DNA from: an uncultured Gemmatimonadales bacterium
GTDB lineage: Bacteria; Gemmatimonadota; Gemmatimonadetes; Gemmatimonadales; JACORV01
DNA length: 64,000 bases
Reading direction: 5' to 3'
Assembly: GCA_963835535.1 (NCBI GenBank)
Contig: CAWIFL010000004.1
Span: forward strand, 192,328 to 256,327
Shown: positions 34,571 to 42,606 of the stretch, one piece after another
Position numbering within the stretch: position 1 is the first letter of the stretch
Layout: each line of letters begins with the position of its first letter
Notes under the pieces: generated by a model
Database searches by the model: none
Told to the model about the DNA's origin: nothing
What the model saw: the letters and a program-made list of their open reading frames with translations, nothing else
Made by a program: the position numbers and the translations under genes

Positions 34571-36720
34571 TTCGGCAGCGTCATCCCCAGATTCTTCACC
34601 AGGAACGCCCAGCGGTCGGCGTTGAGCTCGATCTGCTTCGAGACCGGCATCCCGCCGCCGTGGCCGGCCCGCGTCTCGACCCGGATCAGGATCGGCGCCG
34701 GGCCGGCCTGATCCGCCTGCATAGTGGCCGCGTACTTGAACGAGTGCCCCGGCACGACCCGGTCGTCGTGGTCGGCCGTGGTCACCAGCGTCGGCGGGTA
34801 GTGCGTCCCCGGCCGGATGTTCTGGAGCGGCGAATACTTGTAGAGGTACGGGAACTGGCTCGCGCTGTCGGACGAGCCGTACTCCGTCACCCACGCCCAG
34901 CCGATCGTGAACTTGTGGAACCGCAGCATGTCCATCACGCCCACCGCCGGCAGCGTGGCGCCGAACAGGTCGGGGCGCTGGTCCTCCACGGCGCCGATCA
35001 GCAGGCCGCCGTTGGAGGCGCCTCCCACCGCCAGCTTCGGCGTGCTGGTCCACCTCTCGTGCACCAGGTACTCGGCCGCGGCGATGAAGTCGTCGAACAC
35101 GTTCTGCTTCTTCTCGTGCATCCCCGCCTCGTGCCACTCCTCCCCGTACTCGCCGCCGCCGCGCAAGTTCGGCTCCGCCAGCACGCCCCCCATCTCGAGC
35201 CAGACCGCGTTCACGACCGAGAACGAGGGCAGGGTGTTGATGTCGAAGCCGCCGTACGCGGTCAGGTACACCGGATTCGAGCCGTCGCGCGCGATGCCCT
35301 TCCGGTAGGTGAGGAACATCGGCACGCGCGTGCCATCCTTGCTGTTGTAGAAGACCTGCCGCGTCTCGTACTTGCTCGCGTCGAAGTCGATGTGCGGGGC
35401 CTTCCACACCGCGCCCTGGCCCGTCGCGACGTCGTACCGGAAGATGGTGGTCGGGTAGAGGAACGAGGTGAACGCGTAGAACATCTCCGGGCTGTCGGCC
35501 CGGCCGCTGATCCCCGAGACCGCGCCGAGCGTCGGGAGCGCGATGTCGGCGACCTTGGCGCCGGCGGTGTCGTAGACCGCGAGGACGCTGTAGGCGTCGT
35601 GCATGTAATCGGCGACGAACCGGCCACCGATGAGCGCGACGCTCTCCAGCACGTCCGCGCCCTGCGGGATGATCTCTCGCCAGGCGCTCCGCTCGGGGTG
35701 GCGCGTGTCGATTGCGATGAGCTTCGCGCGCGGGGCGCCGAGGTTGGTGCGGAAGTAGAAGACCGGACCGAGGTTCCCCACGAAGTCGTACGTGGCGTCG
35801 AAATCGTCGAGCAGCTGTACGACCGTGCCGCGGGTCTTCGGGTGCCGGGCGCTGCCGAGATCCATGTAGTAGACGCGATTCCGTGAATCGGTACCCAGCG
35901 AGACGCCGATGATCAGGTACCGCCCGTCCTCGGTCACGCCTCCGCCCAGACCCCAGTCCGGATGGTCGGGCCGCTCGTACACCAGGCGGTCGGCCGCCTG
36001 CGCCGTGCCGAGGCGGTGGTAGTAGAGCTTCTGGTCCTTCACGATCGCGCGGAGGGCGTCACCCGACGGCTCCGGGTAGCGGCTGTAGAAGAAGCCCGCG
36101 TTGTCATGCGTCCAGAAAAGTCCGGAGAACTTGATCCACTTGAGGTGATCGGAGAGGTCGCGTCCCGTGGCGAAGCTCCGCACGTGGAACTCGTTCCAGT
36201 CGGAGCCAGCGGCCGCGGTGCCGTAGCCGAAGTAGCGCCCGTCGTGAGAGACGTCCGAGGAGGTGAGCGCGACGGTTCCGTCCTTGGAGAGTGTGTTGGG
36301 GTCGATCAGGACGCGCGGCGGCGCGTCGAGGCGCGGCAGCCAATACACGACGGACTGGTTCTGAAGTCCGTCGTTGCGCGAGTAGATGTACTTTCCGCCC
36401 TCGCGGCTCGGCACGCCGAACCGCTCGTAGTTCCAGAGCTTGGTCAGGCGGTCCAGGATGCGGGCCCGCTCGGGGATGGCGGCCAGGTAGTGGAAGGTGA
36501 CGCAGTTCTCCGAGTCCACCCACGCCTTCGTCTCGGGCGAGTCCGTGTTCTCGAGCCAGCGGTACGGGTCGGCCACCATGGTGCCGAAGTAGTTGGTCAC
36601 GGTGTCCACCGTGTGCGCCTTGGGGAGCGGGCAGGAATCGGCCGCCTGCGCGTGGGCCAGGGTAGGGGCGCCGGCCAGGGCCATCAGGGCAATTGCGAGG
36701 TGCGTCTTGGAACCGGTCAT
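34567..36720 (-). CDS. Prolyl oligopeptidase (S9A family), exported
   Basis: Start at ATG 36720 gives a signal peptide ending [13 protein letters not shown]-terminal motif, and GGSNGGLL around the catalytic Ser. Confidence 0.9.
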   Translation of the reverse strand: MTGSKTHLAIALMALAGAPTLAHAQAADSCPLPKAHTVDTVTNYFGTMVADPYRWLENTDSPETKAWVDSENCVTFHYLAAIPERARILDRLTKLWNYERFGVPSREGGKYIYSRNDGLQNQSVVYWLPRLDAPPRVLIDPNTLSKDGTVALTSSDVSHDGRYFGYGTAAAGSDWNEFHVRSFATGRDLSDHLKWIKFSGLFWTHDNAGFFYSRYPEPSGDALRAIVKDQKLYYHRLGTAQAADRLVYERPDHPDWGLGGGVTEDGRYLIIGVSLGTDSRNRVYYMDLGSARHPKTRGTVVQLLDDFDATYDFVGNLGPVFYFRTNLGAPRAKLIAIDTRHPERSAWREIIPQGADVLESVALIGGRFVADYMHDAYSVLAVYDTAGAKVADIALPTLGAVSGISGRADSPEMFYAFTSFLYPTTIFRYDVATGQGAVWKAPHIDFDASKYETRQVFYNSKDGTRVPMFLTYRKGIARDGSNPVYLTAYGGFDINTLPSFSVVNAVWLEMGGVLAEPNLRGGGEYGEEWHEAGMHEKKQNVFDDFIAAAEYLVHERWTSTPKLAVGGASNGGLLIGAVEDQRPDLFGATLPAVGVMDMLRFHKFTIGWAWVTEYGSSDSASQFPYLYKYSPLQNIRPGTHYPPTLVTTADHDDRVVPGHSFKYAATMQADQAGPAPILIRVETRAGHGGGMPVSKQIELNADRWAFLVKNLGMTLPN

Positions 36721-36745
36721 CGTCGTCCTCCGTGTCGTGTGCAAT

Positions 36746-37231
36746 CTACATCCCGCGGCGGCGGCGTTCCTCCCGCAGCGCCTCGAGCTCCAGCAGCGCC
36801 TCCCGATCTTTGCGGCGTCCCGTGGCGCGCTTCGAGGCGATGAGGGCATCGAGGGTGAGCGTGGGCGCTGGCACGCCTTCGATGACGATGGTCTGACTTC
36901 CGGCCTCCACCGCGGCGTACTCGCCCACGCCCTGGACTCTGTCCATGACGTCGAGGTCGCCTTCGTCGGTCACCAGCGTCAGGACGGGAACGTCCCGCAA
37001 CGTGCGCGCGTCGATCGTGAAGGGGAGACCTGGCTCGACGCCTCGGAGATAGCCGTGCCAGCCGGCGAGCACGGCGGCGAGCTTTTCCCGATTATCGGGC
37101 GCCGGGTCGTAACAGATGTCCACGTCGTTCGTGATCCTGGACCATCCATGGGCGACACCGGCGACCCCGCCGATGACGACGAATCGGACGCCGGCCCCGG
37201 TCAGGCCTCGCAGGACGCCGCCGAGGCTCAC
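36746..37231 (-). CDS. Small Pol-beta-superfamily nucleotidyltransferase
   Basis: 161 aa. FVVIGGVAGVAHGWSRITNDVDI fits hG[GS]x9-13DxD. The C-terminus LIASKRATGRRKDREAL is typical of small NTases found in two-gene modules. Confidence 0.65.
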   Translation of the reverse strand: MSLGGVLRGLTGAGVRFVVIGGVAGVAHGWSRITNDVDICYDPAPDNREKLAAVLAGWHGYLRGVEPGLPFTIDARTLRDVPVLTLVTDEGDLDVMDRVQGVGEYAAVEAGSQTIVIEGVPAPTLTLDALIASKRATGRRKDREALLELEALREERRRRGM

Positions 37232-37722
37232 TTCGCCGCACTCCGCAGCCTGCGCATGACCTGCATGTTTTCATCGAGCAGTCGCAGCCGCTCCTCCGGC
37301 GTGCGCCGCAGCGCGGAGTCGAGGAGCGTGACGTCGATCCCGAATGCTCTGGCCCGCTCGATCGCGCTGCCGCGTCGGGACGGACGCCGCCCGCGCGGCT
37401 TCTCGCCGTAGCTGTTCAGGGCCAGCGCCAGGTTGGCGCCATACGTGGTGAAGAAGCGGGGAAGATCCACGACGAGCGATACGCCGCCCTTGCCCTCGAG
37501 CCGCCAGGTGCTGCCCGGGTCGGCTTCGTGGAGCGCGCGGTCGGCGAGGCGCAAGGCTCCCGGCAACGGCGTCTGCGCCGATTCGGAGATGAATCGGCAG
37601 AGCGCCAGGCGCCTGGCGAGAGCCTCGTCGTAGCCGCGGCGGGGCAGGCCGAGGCGCGCCAGGGCGTTGAGCACCCAGCGCGGGCTCGCGCCCACGGCCG
37701 TCGCGAAACGTCCAAGCGTCAC
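37228..37722 (-). CDS. Hypothetical partner protein of the NTase (N-terminal HTH-like segment)
   Basis: 164 aa with a GTG start and an ATGA overlap with the NTase gene. FATAVGASPRWVLNALARLG looks HTH-like. No family recognised. Confidence 0.5.
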   Translation of the reverse strand: MTLGRFATAVGASPRWVLNALARLGLPRRGYDEALARRLALCRFISESAQTPLPGALRLADRALHEADPGSTWRLEGKGGVSLVVDLPRFFTTYGANLALALNSYGEKPRGRRPSRRGSAIERARAFGIDVTLLDSALRRTPEERLRLLDENMQVMRRLRSAAK

Positions 37723-37730
37723 GCAGTAAA

Positions 37731-37800
37731 TATGTATTGCTATGATACTGATTTGTCAATGGTCGCAACGATTGTAGTATCGTAGCAATATGGCAATTGC
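37731..37800 (-). promoter_or_regulatory. AT-rich promoter/operator of the NTase module
   Basis: On the minus strand: TTGACA (37759-37754), 17-nt spacer, TACATA (37736-37731), then 8 nt to GTG 37722. Inverted repeat ATTGCTATGATACT (37736-37749) / AGTATCGTAGCAAT (37776-37789), 13/14 complementary. GCAATTGC at 37793-37800. Confidence 0.45.
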
Positions 37801-38387
37801 TACAGCAGCGCGCCCTCGTGCCGGAGGAGCCATTCCTTGATGGGGAGCCCGCCGCCGTAGCCGCCCAGCGAGCCGTCGGTCCGAAGGACCCGGTGGCACG
37901 GAACGACGATCGCGATCGGGTTGTGGTGCAGGGCGTTGCCGGCGGCGCGCGAGGCCTTGGGCGAGCCGGCGCGGGCGGCGACCTGGGTGTAGGTGGCGAC
38001 GCGCCCGGCCGGGATCCTTGAGGTCGCACCGAGGACTCGACGATGGAAGGGCGCGAGGTCGCCGAGGTCCACGGGGAGGTCGAAGTCGAGCCGCTTCCCG
38101 GAGAAATAGCGGTCCAGCGCGCGCCGCACGTCGTCCAGCTCCGCGGACTTGAGGATCTGGGCGTCGCCGTGCTCGGCGAGGAGCCGCTCCAGGAACTCGT
38201 CCTCGCCGCGGACGAAGCTCAGGTGACGCAGGCCGCGAGCGCCGGCCGCCAGGCCGAGCACTCCGACCGGCGTGTCGTCCATCATGGCGTACCGGAGGGC
38301 CTCGCCGCGGCGTCCGGTGAGCGCGCCGAACGCGCCGCGCACGATCCGCTCGATGGCCTCCCGCTCCTCCGCCGTGGTGCCGGTCAT
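37800..38387 (-). CDS. ogt: Methylated-DNA-protein-cysteine methyltransferase (Ogt/MGMT)
   Basis: Start at ATG 38387 (ATGA overlap with the sigma gene stop). Active site IVVPCHRVL and YGGGLPIKEWLLRHEG. Confidence 0.9.
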   Translation of the reverse strand: MTGTTAEEREAIERIVRGAFGALTGRRGEALRYAMMDDTPVGVLGLAAGARGLRHLSFVRGEDEFLERLLAEHGDAQILKSAELDDVRRALDRYFSGKRLDFDLPVDLGDLAPFHRRVLGATSRIPAGRVATYTQVAARAGSPKASRAAGNALHHNPIAIVVPCHRVLRTDGSLGGYGGGLPIKEWLLRHEGALL

Positions 38388-38908
38388 GCCTCCCTCACTT
38401 TCAGCTTGAGCCGCTGCGTCGCCTGGTAGACGTTCGCTCTGGCTGCGGCCGCCGTGCCGCCGATGCGCTCGGCGATCTCCTCGTAGCCCAGCTCGTCGGC
38501 CACCCTGAGGCTCAGCGCGAGCCGCTGCCGCTCGGGGAGCCGGGCCACCGCCGCCCACAGTCCGGCCCGGTCCGCATCGCCCTGCCGACCATCGTCGGCG
38601 TCGCGTGCCGCGGCCAGCTCTGCGGCGTGGCGCTCGAGGGCGGCGCGCTCGCGGGAACGGGACCGCTGGTGGTTGAGCGACGCGTTGGTGGCGATCCGGT
38701 AGAGCCAGGCGCGCTCGTTCGAGCCCTCGGCGAGCCGTCCCACGGCCTTCCAGGCCCGCAGCATCGTCTCCTGGAGCAGATCCTGCGCGACGTCGTCGTC
38801 GCGCACGATCCGCCGGATGTGGCGGGCCAGCTCCTCGCCGTGCTTGGCGAGCAACAGCGCGATGCGCTGCGCCCCCGGGGCGCTTATCGGCGATTCGCTC
38901 GTGCTCAT
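38384..38908 (-). CDS. ECF-type RNA polymerase sigma-70 family factor
   Basis: 174 aa. Region 2 reads DVAQDLLQETMLRAWK..WLYRIATN. Region 4 reads LPERQRLALSLRVADELGYEEIAERIG. Confidence 0.9.
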   Translation of the reverse strand: MSTSESPISAPGAQRIALLLAKHGEELARHIRRIVRDDDVAQDLLQETMLRAWKAVGRLAEGSNERAWLYRIATNASLNHQRSRSRERAALERHAAELAAARDADDGRQGDADRAGLWAAVARLPERQRLALSLRVADELGYEEIAERIGGTAAAARANVYQATQRLKLKVREA

Positions 38909-38954
38909 GTCCGAGAGCTATAACACCGCGCGCGGCGGGACGTGAAACCGTCGG

Positions 38955-40139
38955 CTACTGGACGCAGGGAGCCGTGGGATCCTGGCGCCGGCCATCGACG
39001 ACGGGGCGGTGATCGAGATTGCCGACCGCCAGGGCGACGTCGCGCACCAGCGCGGTCACGCGGGCCAGCTGATGGTAGTCGATGTACTGCGGCTCGTCGG
39101 TCACCTGGTGGTAGTCGAGGTGCTCGCCCGTGGAAAGGGACGCCGACGGGATGCCGTAGCGGGCATAACTGTAGTGGTCGGCCCGGCAGTAGTACTGGAG
39201 CGGGTTTCCGGGCGCGTCGTACTGGTAGTTGAAGCGGAACGGCACCGGCTCGCGGCGCCCGATGCTGTCGATGATGTCGCCGAACTCGGTCGAGAGCCGC
39301 CGGCTGCCGACCAGCTCCAGATAGCCCGGCCCTCCGCCCGGCAGGTCGGTCACGCCGCCGCGGCCCACCATGTCCATGTCCAGCTCGGCGACGATGGAAT
39401 CGCGGGGCACCGTGGGATGGTCCGTGAAGTACTCGGAGCCCTTGAGGCCGATCTCCTCGGCGGCGTGGGACACGAAGAGGATCGAGCGCCGCGGCCGCGC
39501 ACCTTCCGACAGGACCCGGGCCAGCTCCACCAGCAGCACCGTGCCGGAGCCGTCGTCGTCGGCCCCGTTGAAGATGGAATCGCGCCGCGGCGGATGGACC
39601 GCGCGCAGGCTGTCGAGGATGGTCCGGATGCGGACTTCCTCGTCGGGCGTCGCCGGCCGCCTGGGTGAGTCGGCGCCCAACGGCCGCACCACCCGGTTGA
39701 AGGCGCGGAGGGAGTCGTGGTCCACCGAGGCGCGCATCGTGCCGATGTGGTCGTTGTGTGCGGAGAGCGAGACGTACGTGTGGTCGAGGAGCGGGTCGGT
39801 GCCGCGCAGGATCGCGACGACGTTGCGCACCGGGCGGCGGCTGGCACTGGAGATCTCGTCGCGCCGGCTGGAGACGATCGGCAGCGTCTGGAAGAAGGAC
39901 CCGTCGTCGCCCGCCGGCTCCAGGCCGTAGCGCCGGAACGCGGCCGCCACCCACTCTGCCGCCTTGGCGTCGCCGAGGCTGCCGGTGGCGCGGCCGCCCA
40001 TCGAGTCGTCGGCGATGGCGAAGAGGCCAGCTCTGAGGCTTTCCGCGCTCACCGAGACGGGCCGGATCTGTGCAAGGGCTGGCACTGCGGGAATCAGCAG
40101 CGCGAGCGCCAAGCCGGCGCGGATGGAGGCACGCATCAC
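38955..40139 (-). CDS. M28 family aminopeptidase, exported
   Basis: Signal peptide ending ALAQ. HNDHIG, GADDDGSG, and AAEEIGLKGSEYF metal/catalytic motifs. Confidence 0.85.
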   Translation of the reverse strand: MMRASIRAGLALALLIPAVPALAQIRPVSVSAESLRAGLFAIADDSMGGRATGSLGDAKAAEWVAAAFRRYGLEPAGDDGSFFQTLPIVSSRRDEISSASRRPVRNVVAILRGTDPLLDHTYVSLSAHNDHIGTMRASVDHDSLRAFNRVVRPLGADSPRRPATPDEEVRIRTILDSLRAVHPPRRDSIFNGADDDGSGTVLLVELARVLSEGARPRRSILFVSHAAEEIGLKGSEYFTDHPTVPRDSIVAELDMDMVGRGGVTDLPGGGPGYLELVGSRRLSTEFGDIIDSIGRREPVPFRFNYQYDAPGNPLQYYCRADHYSYARYGIPSASLSTGEHLDYHQVTDEPQYIDYHQLARVTALVRDVALAVGNLDHRPVVDGRRQDPTAPCVQ

Positions 40140-40151
40140 GGAGACCGGGAC

Positions 40152-40814
40152 CTACGTTTCGTCGCTGATCAGACCGGAGCGCAGCGCGAGCCGCGTGAGG
40201 CCGGCGACGCTCTTGATGCCGACCTTCCGCATCAGGCTGTCGCGGTGGCTCTCGACCGTGCGCACGCTGATGCCGAGCTGCTGGGCGATCTCCTTGTTGC
40301 TCGCGCCCTCGGCGATGTGGCGCAGGACCTCGCGCTCGCGGGTGGAGAGTCGCTCGAGGACGTTCTGGATCTCTTCGCCCTCGAGCTTGCGGCGCAGGAG
40401 GTCGGAGAGCTGCTGCGAGACGGCGGGGCTGTAATAGGACGCGCCGGCGCACACCTCGCGCACGGCGGCGACCAGCTCGGCGGCCGCGGCGTCCTTGATG
40501 AGGTAGCCGTGTGCCCCGGCCCGCACGCTCTCCATCAGGTACTCGGGGGCGAGGTGCATCGAGAGGATCAGGATGCGGACCTCCGGCGCGCGGGCACGGA
40601 TCTGCCGCGCGGCCTCCAGCCCGCCGCCCTTGGGCATCGTGATGTCGAGGACGGCGACGTCCGGTCGCCGGGCCAGCGTCTCGTGCACCGCGGCCTCGCC
40701 GTCGCCGACTTCGGCGACGACCGTGATGTCCCCCGCTGCGTCCAGGATCCGGCGCACGCCCTCGCGGACGAGCGTGTGGTCGTCGGCGAGCAGGACGGTG
40801 ATCGGCTCAGCCAT
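40152..40814 (-). CDS. NarL/LuxR-family response regulator
   Basis: REC (LLADDH, AVLDITMP) plus a LuxR HTH (LSTREREVLRHIAEGASNKEIAQQLGISVRTVESH). Confidence 0.9.
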   Translation of the reverse strand: MAEPITVLLADDHTLVREGVRRILDAAGDITVVAEVGDGEAAVHETLARRPDVAVLDITMPKGGGLEAARQIRARAPEVRILILSMHLAPEYLMESVRAGAHGYLIKDAAAAELVAAVREVCAGASYYSPAVSQQLSDLLRRKLEGEEIQNVLERLSTREREVLRHIAEGASNKEIAQQLGISVRTVESHRDSLMRKVGIKSVAGLTRLALRSGLISDET

Positions 40815-42606
40815 CGGTGTCCCCCAGCGGCAGTCGCGCCTCGAGCCGCGAGCCGCGGCCCGGCGCGCTCGACATCGTGAAGCGGCCTCCCGCGCCGACG
40901 ACCCGCTCCTTCATCCCGGCGAGCCCAAAGCGGGCGTCCCCCGGCGCGGGTGCGCGGTCCGGGTCGAACCCGCGCCCGTCGTCGCGGACGGCCAGCACCA
41001 CCTCGCCGTTCTCCACGCCCACCACGATCTCCACCCGGGCGGCGGCGGCGTGCCGCGCGACGTTCGTCAGCGCCTCCTGCAGCACGCGGTACAGGGCGAC
41101 CTGCACCTCGGGCCCCGGGTTCCGGTCGAGCGGCGCCGCCCGGAGATCCACGGCGACGCCCGTCCTTCCCGCGAATTCCTCGGCGAGCGTGCGCAGCGCC
41201 GGAACGAACCCGAGGTCGTCCAGCACGGCAGGACGCAGACCGCGTGCCGTCGCGCGGATCGACTCGAGCGCTCGGCCCGTCAGGTCCGCGGCGCGGCGCG
41301 CGGCCGCGGTGCCCGTCGGCGATCCGGCCACCAGCCGCTCCAGCTCGGCCAGCTCCAACTTGATCGCGGTGAGCACCTGGCCCGTCTCGTCGTGCAGCTC
41401 GCGCGCGATCCGCAGTCGCTCGGTCTCCGCCGCCCTCAGCAGCGAGGCCGAAGCGCGGCGCAGTTCCGCGCTCCGCTCCTCGAGCGCGGCGTACAGCTCC
41501 GCGTGCTGGAGCGCGGCGCCGATCTGCTGGCCGAGTGCGCGCAGGAAGCCGCGGTCCATCGAGGCGAACGGATCCCGCGCCCGGGCGACGATGACGAAAG
41601 TGCCCGCCGCCCGCTCGCCCATGAAGACGGGAAGAAACGCTGCATAGGGGTGCCGCGCCACCGATCCCGCGCCACCGCCGGCCCCCGCCCCCGAGGGCCA
41701 GGAGTGCACGACCTTGGCCACGCCGTCCCGCGGCGCGCCGAGGATCGGCGCAGAATCGGGGTTGGCGGGATCGGCCGTCGCGAGCGCGGTCGCCCCCCAG
41801 CCGGCGCAGACCCCCGAGCCGCCGCGGAAGACGAGCGCGCCGGCCGCATCCACACGGTACAGCGCGCATCCCACCACCGGCCGCAGGCTCAGCGTGCGCT
41901 CGAGCACCGCGGTCACCACGTCCGCCGGCCGCAGGCTGCGCTGCAGCTCCTCGGAGAGCGTGGCGAGCGCCCCCACTCCCCGCTGCTGGTCCTCCAGGAC
42001 GAGCAGGAGCATTCCGCCGCCCACGGCGAGCTCGAACAGGACGTCGAGGTAGTACCCGTACGGCACCCACGCGCCGCGCGCCCGGAGGAAGGTGTAGTCG
42101 AGGTGGTGCACGCCCCAGAGCAGGAACGCCGCGGCGAGCACCGCGCCGCCCTTCGATGCCGCGCGGCGCCAGTACTGCGCGAACACGACGCCGGTGCCGA
42201 GTGTGACCAGGCTGAGGAAGACGACCGCCGGGATCGCCGCCAGGAGGAAGTTCTCGACCCGGTAGATCGCGACGTACGACCAGACCACCGGGATCAGGAA
42301 GAACGCGTAATACCGCCGGTCCCACGGCATCTGGCGCGAGAAGACGATCGCCGCCCACAGGAGCAGCAGCGCCGTCCATCCGGTGGCCACCTGGTGCCAG
42401 AAGAGCCAGATCCGGTTCGTGGTGAAGAGGTACAGCGCGATGATGCCGAGCCGCAGCGCGTACAGGCTCCACGCCCCGCCCCAGATCCCGAAGTAGCGCT
42501 TCCGGTAGGTGAGGGCGAGCGCGAGGAACAGGCCGGCGATCCCCAGGGTGACGCACGCCTGGAAGAGGACGAGCGAGGTCTCGAGCGACAAGGCGGCGGG
42601 ACTCAC
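40807..42606 (-). CDS. Multi-pass membrane sensor histidine kinase (GAF plus HisKA_3 plus HATPase)
   Basis: About 6-7 N-terminal TM helices, a central GAF-like region, the H-box RIARELHDETGQ, and a C-terminal ATPase (N box and DDGRGFD). Overlaps both neighbouring genes. Confidence 0.85.
   Translation of the reverse strand: MSPAALSLETSLVLFQACVTLGIAGLFLALALTYRKRYFGIWGGAWSLYALRLGIIALYLFTTNRIWLFWHQVATGWTALLLLWAAIVFSRQMPWDRRYYAFFLIPVVWSYVAIYRVENFLLAAIPAVVFLSLVTLGTGVVFAQYWRRAASKGGAVLAAAFLLWGVHHLDYTFLRARGAWVPYGYYLDVLFELAVGGGMLLLVLEDQQRGVGALATLSEELQRSLRPADVVTAVLERTLSLRPVVGCALYRVDAAGALVFRGGSGVCAGWGATALATADPANPDSAPILGAPRDGVAKVVHSWPSGAGAGGGAGSVARHPYAAFLPVFMGERAAGTFVIVARARDPFASMDRGFLRALGQQIGAALQHAELYAALEERSAELRRASASLLRAAETERLRIARELHDETGQVLTAIKLELAELERLVAGSPTGTAAARRAADLTGRALESIRATARGLRPAVLDDLGFVPALRTLAEEFAGRTGVAVDLRAAPLDRNPGPEVQVALYRVLQEALTNVARHAAAARVEIVVGVENGEVVLAVRDDGRGFDPDRAPAPGDARFGLAGMKERVVGAGGRFTMSSAPGRGSRLEARLPLGDTDG

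Noticed and set aside
36690-36700. An additional 'aattgcgagg' match to the GTTGCGAG repeat family inside the prolyl oligopeptidase signal-peptide coding region.
   Set aside because: It is a single 8-9 nt match without the second unit or the hairpin partner, which is consistent with chance.
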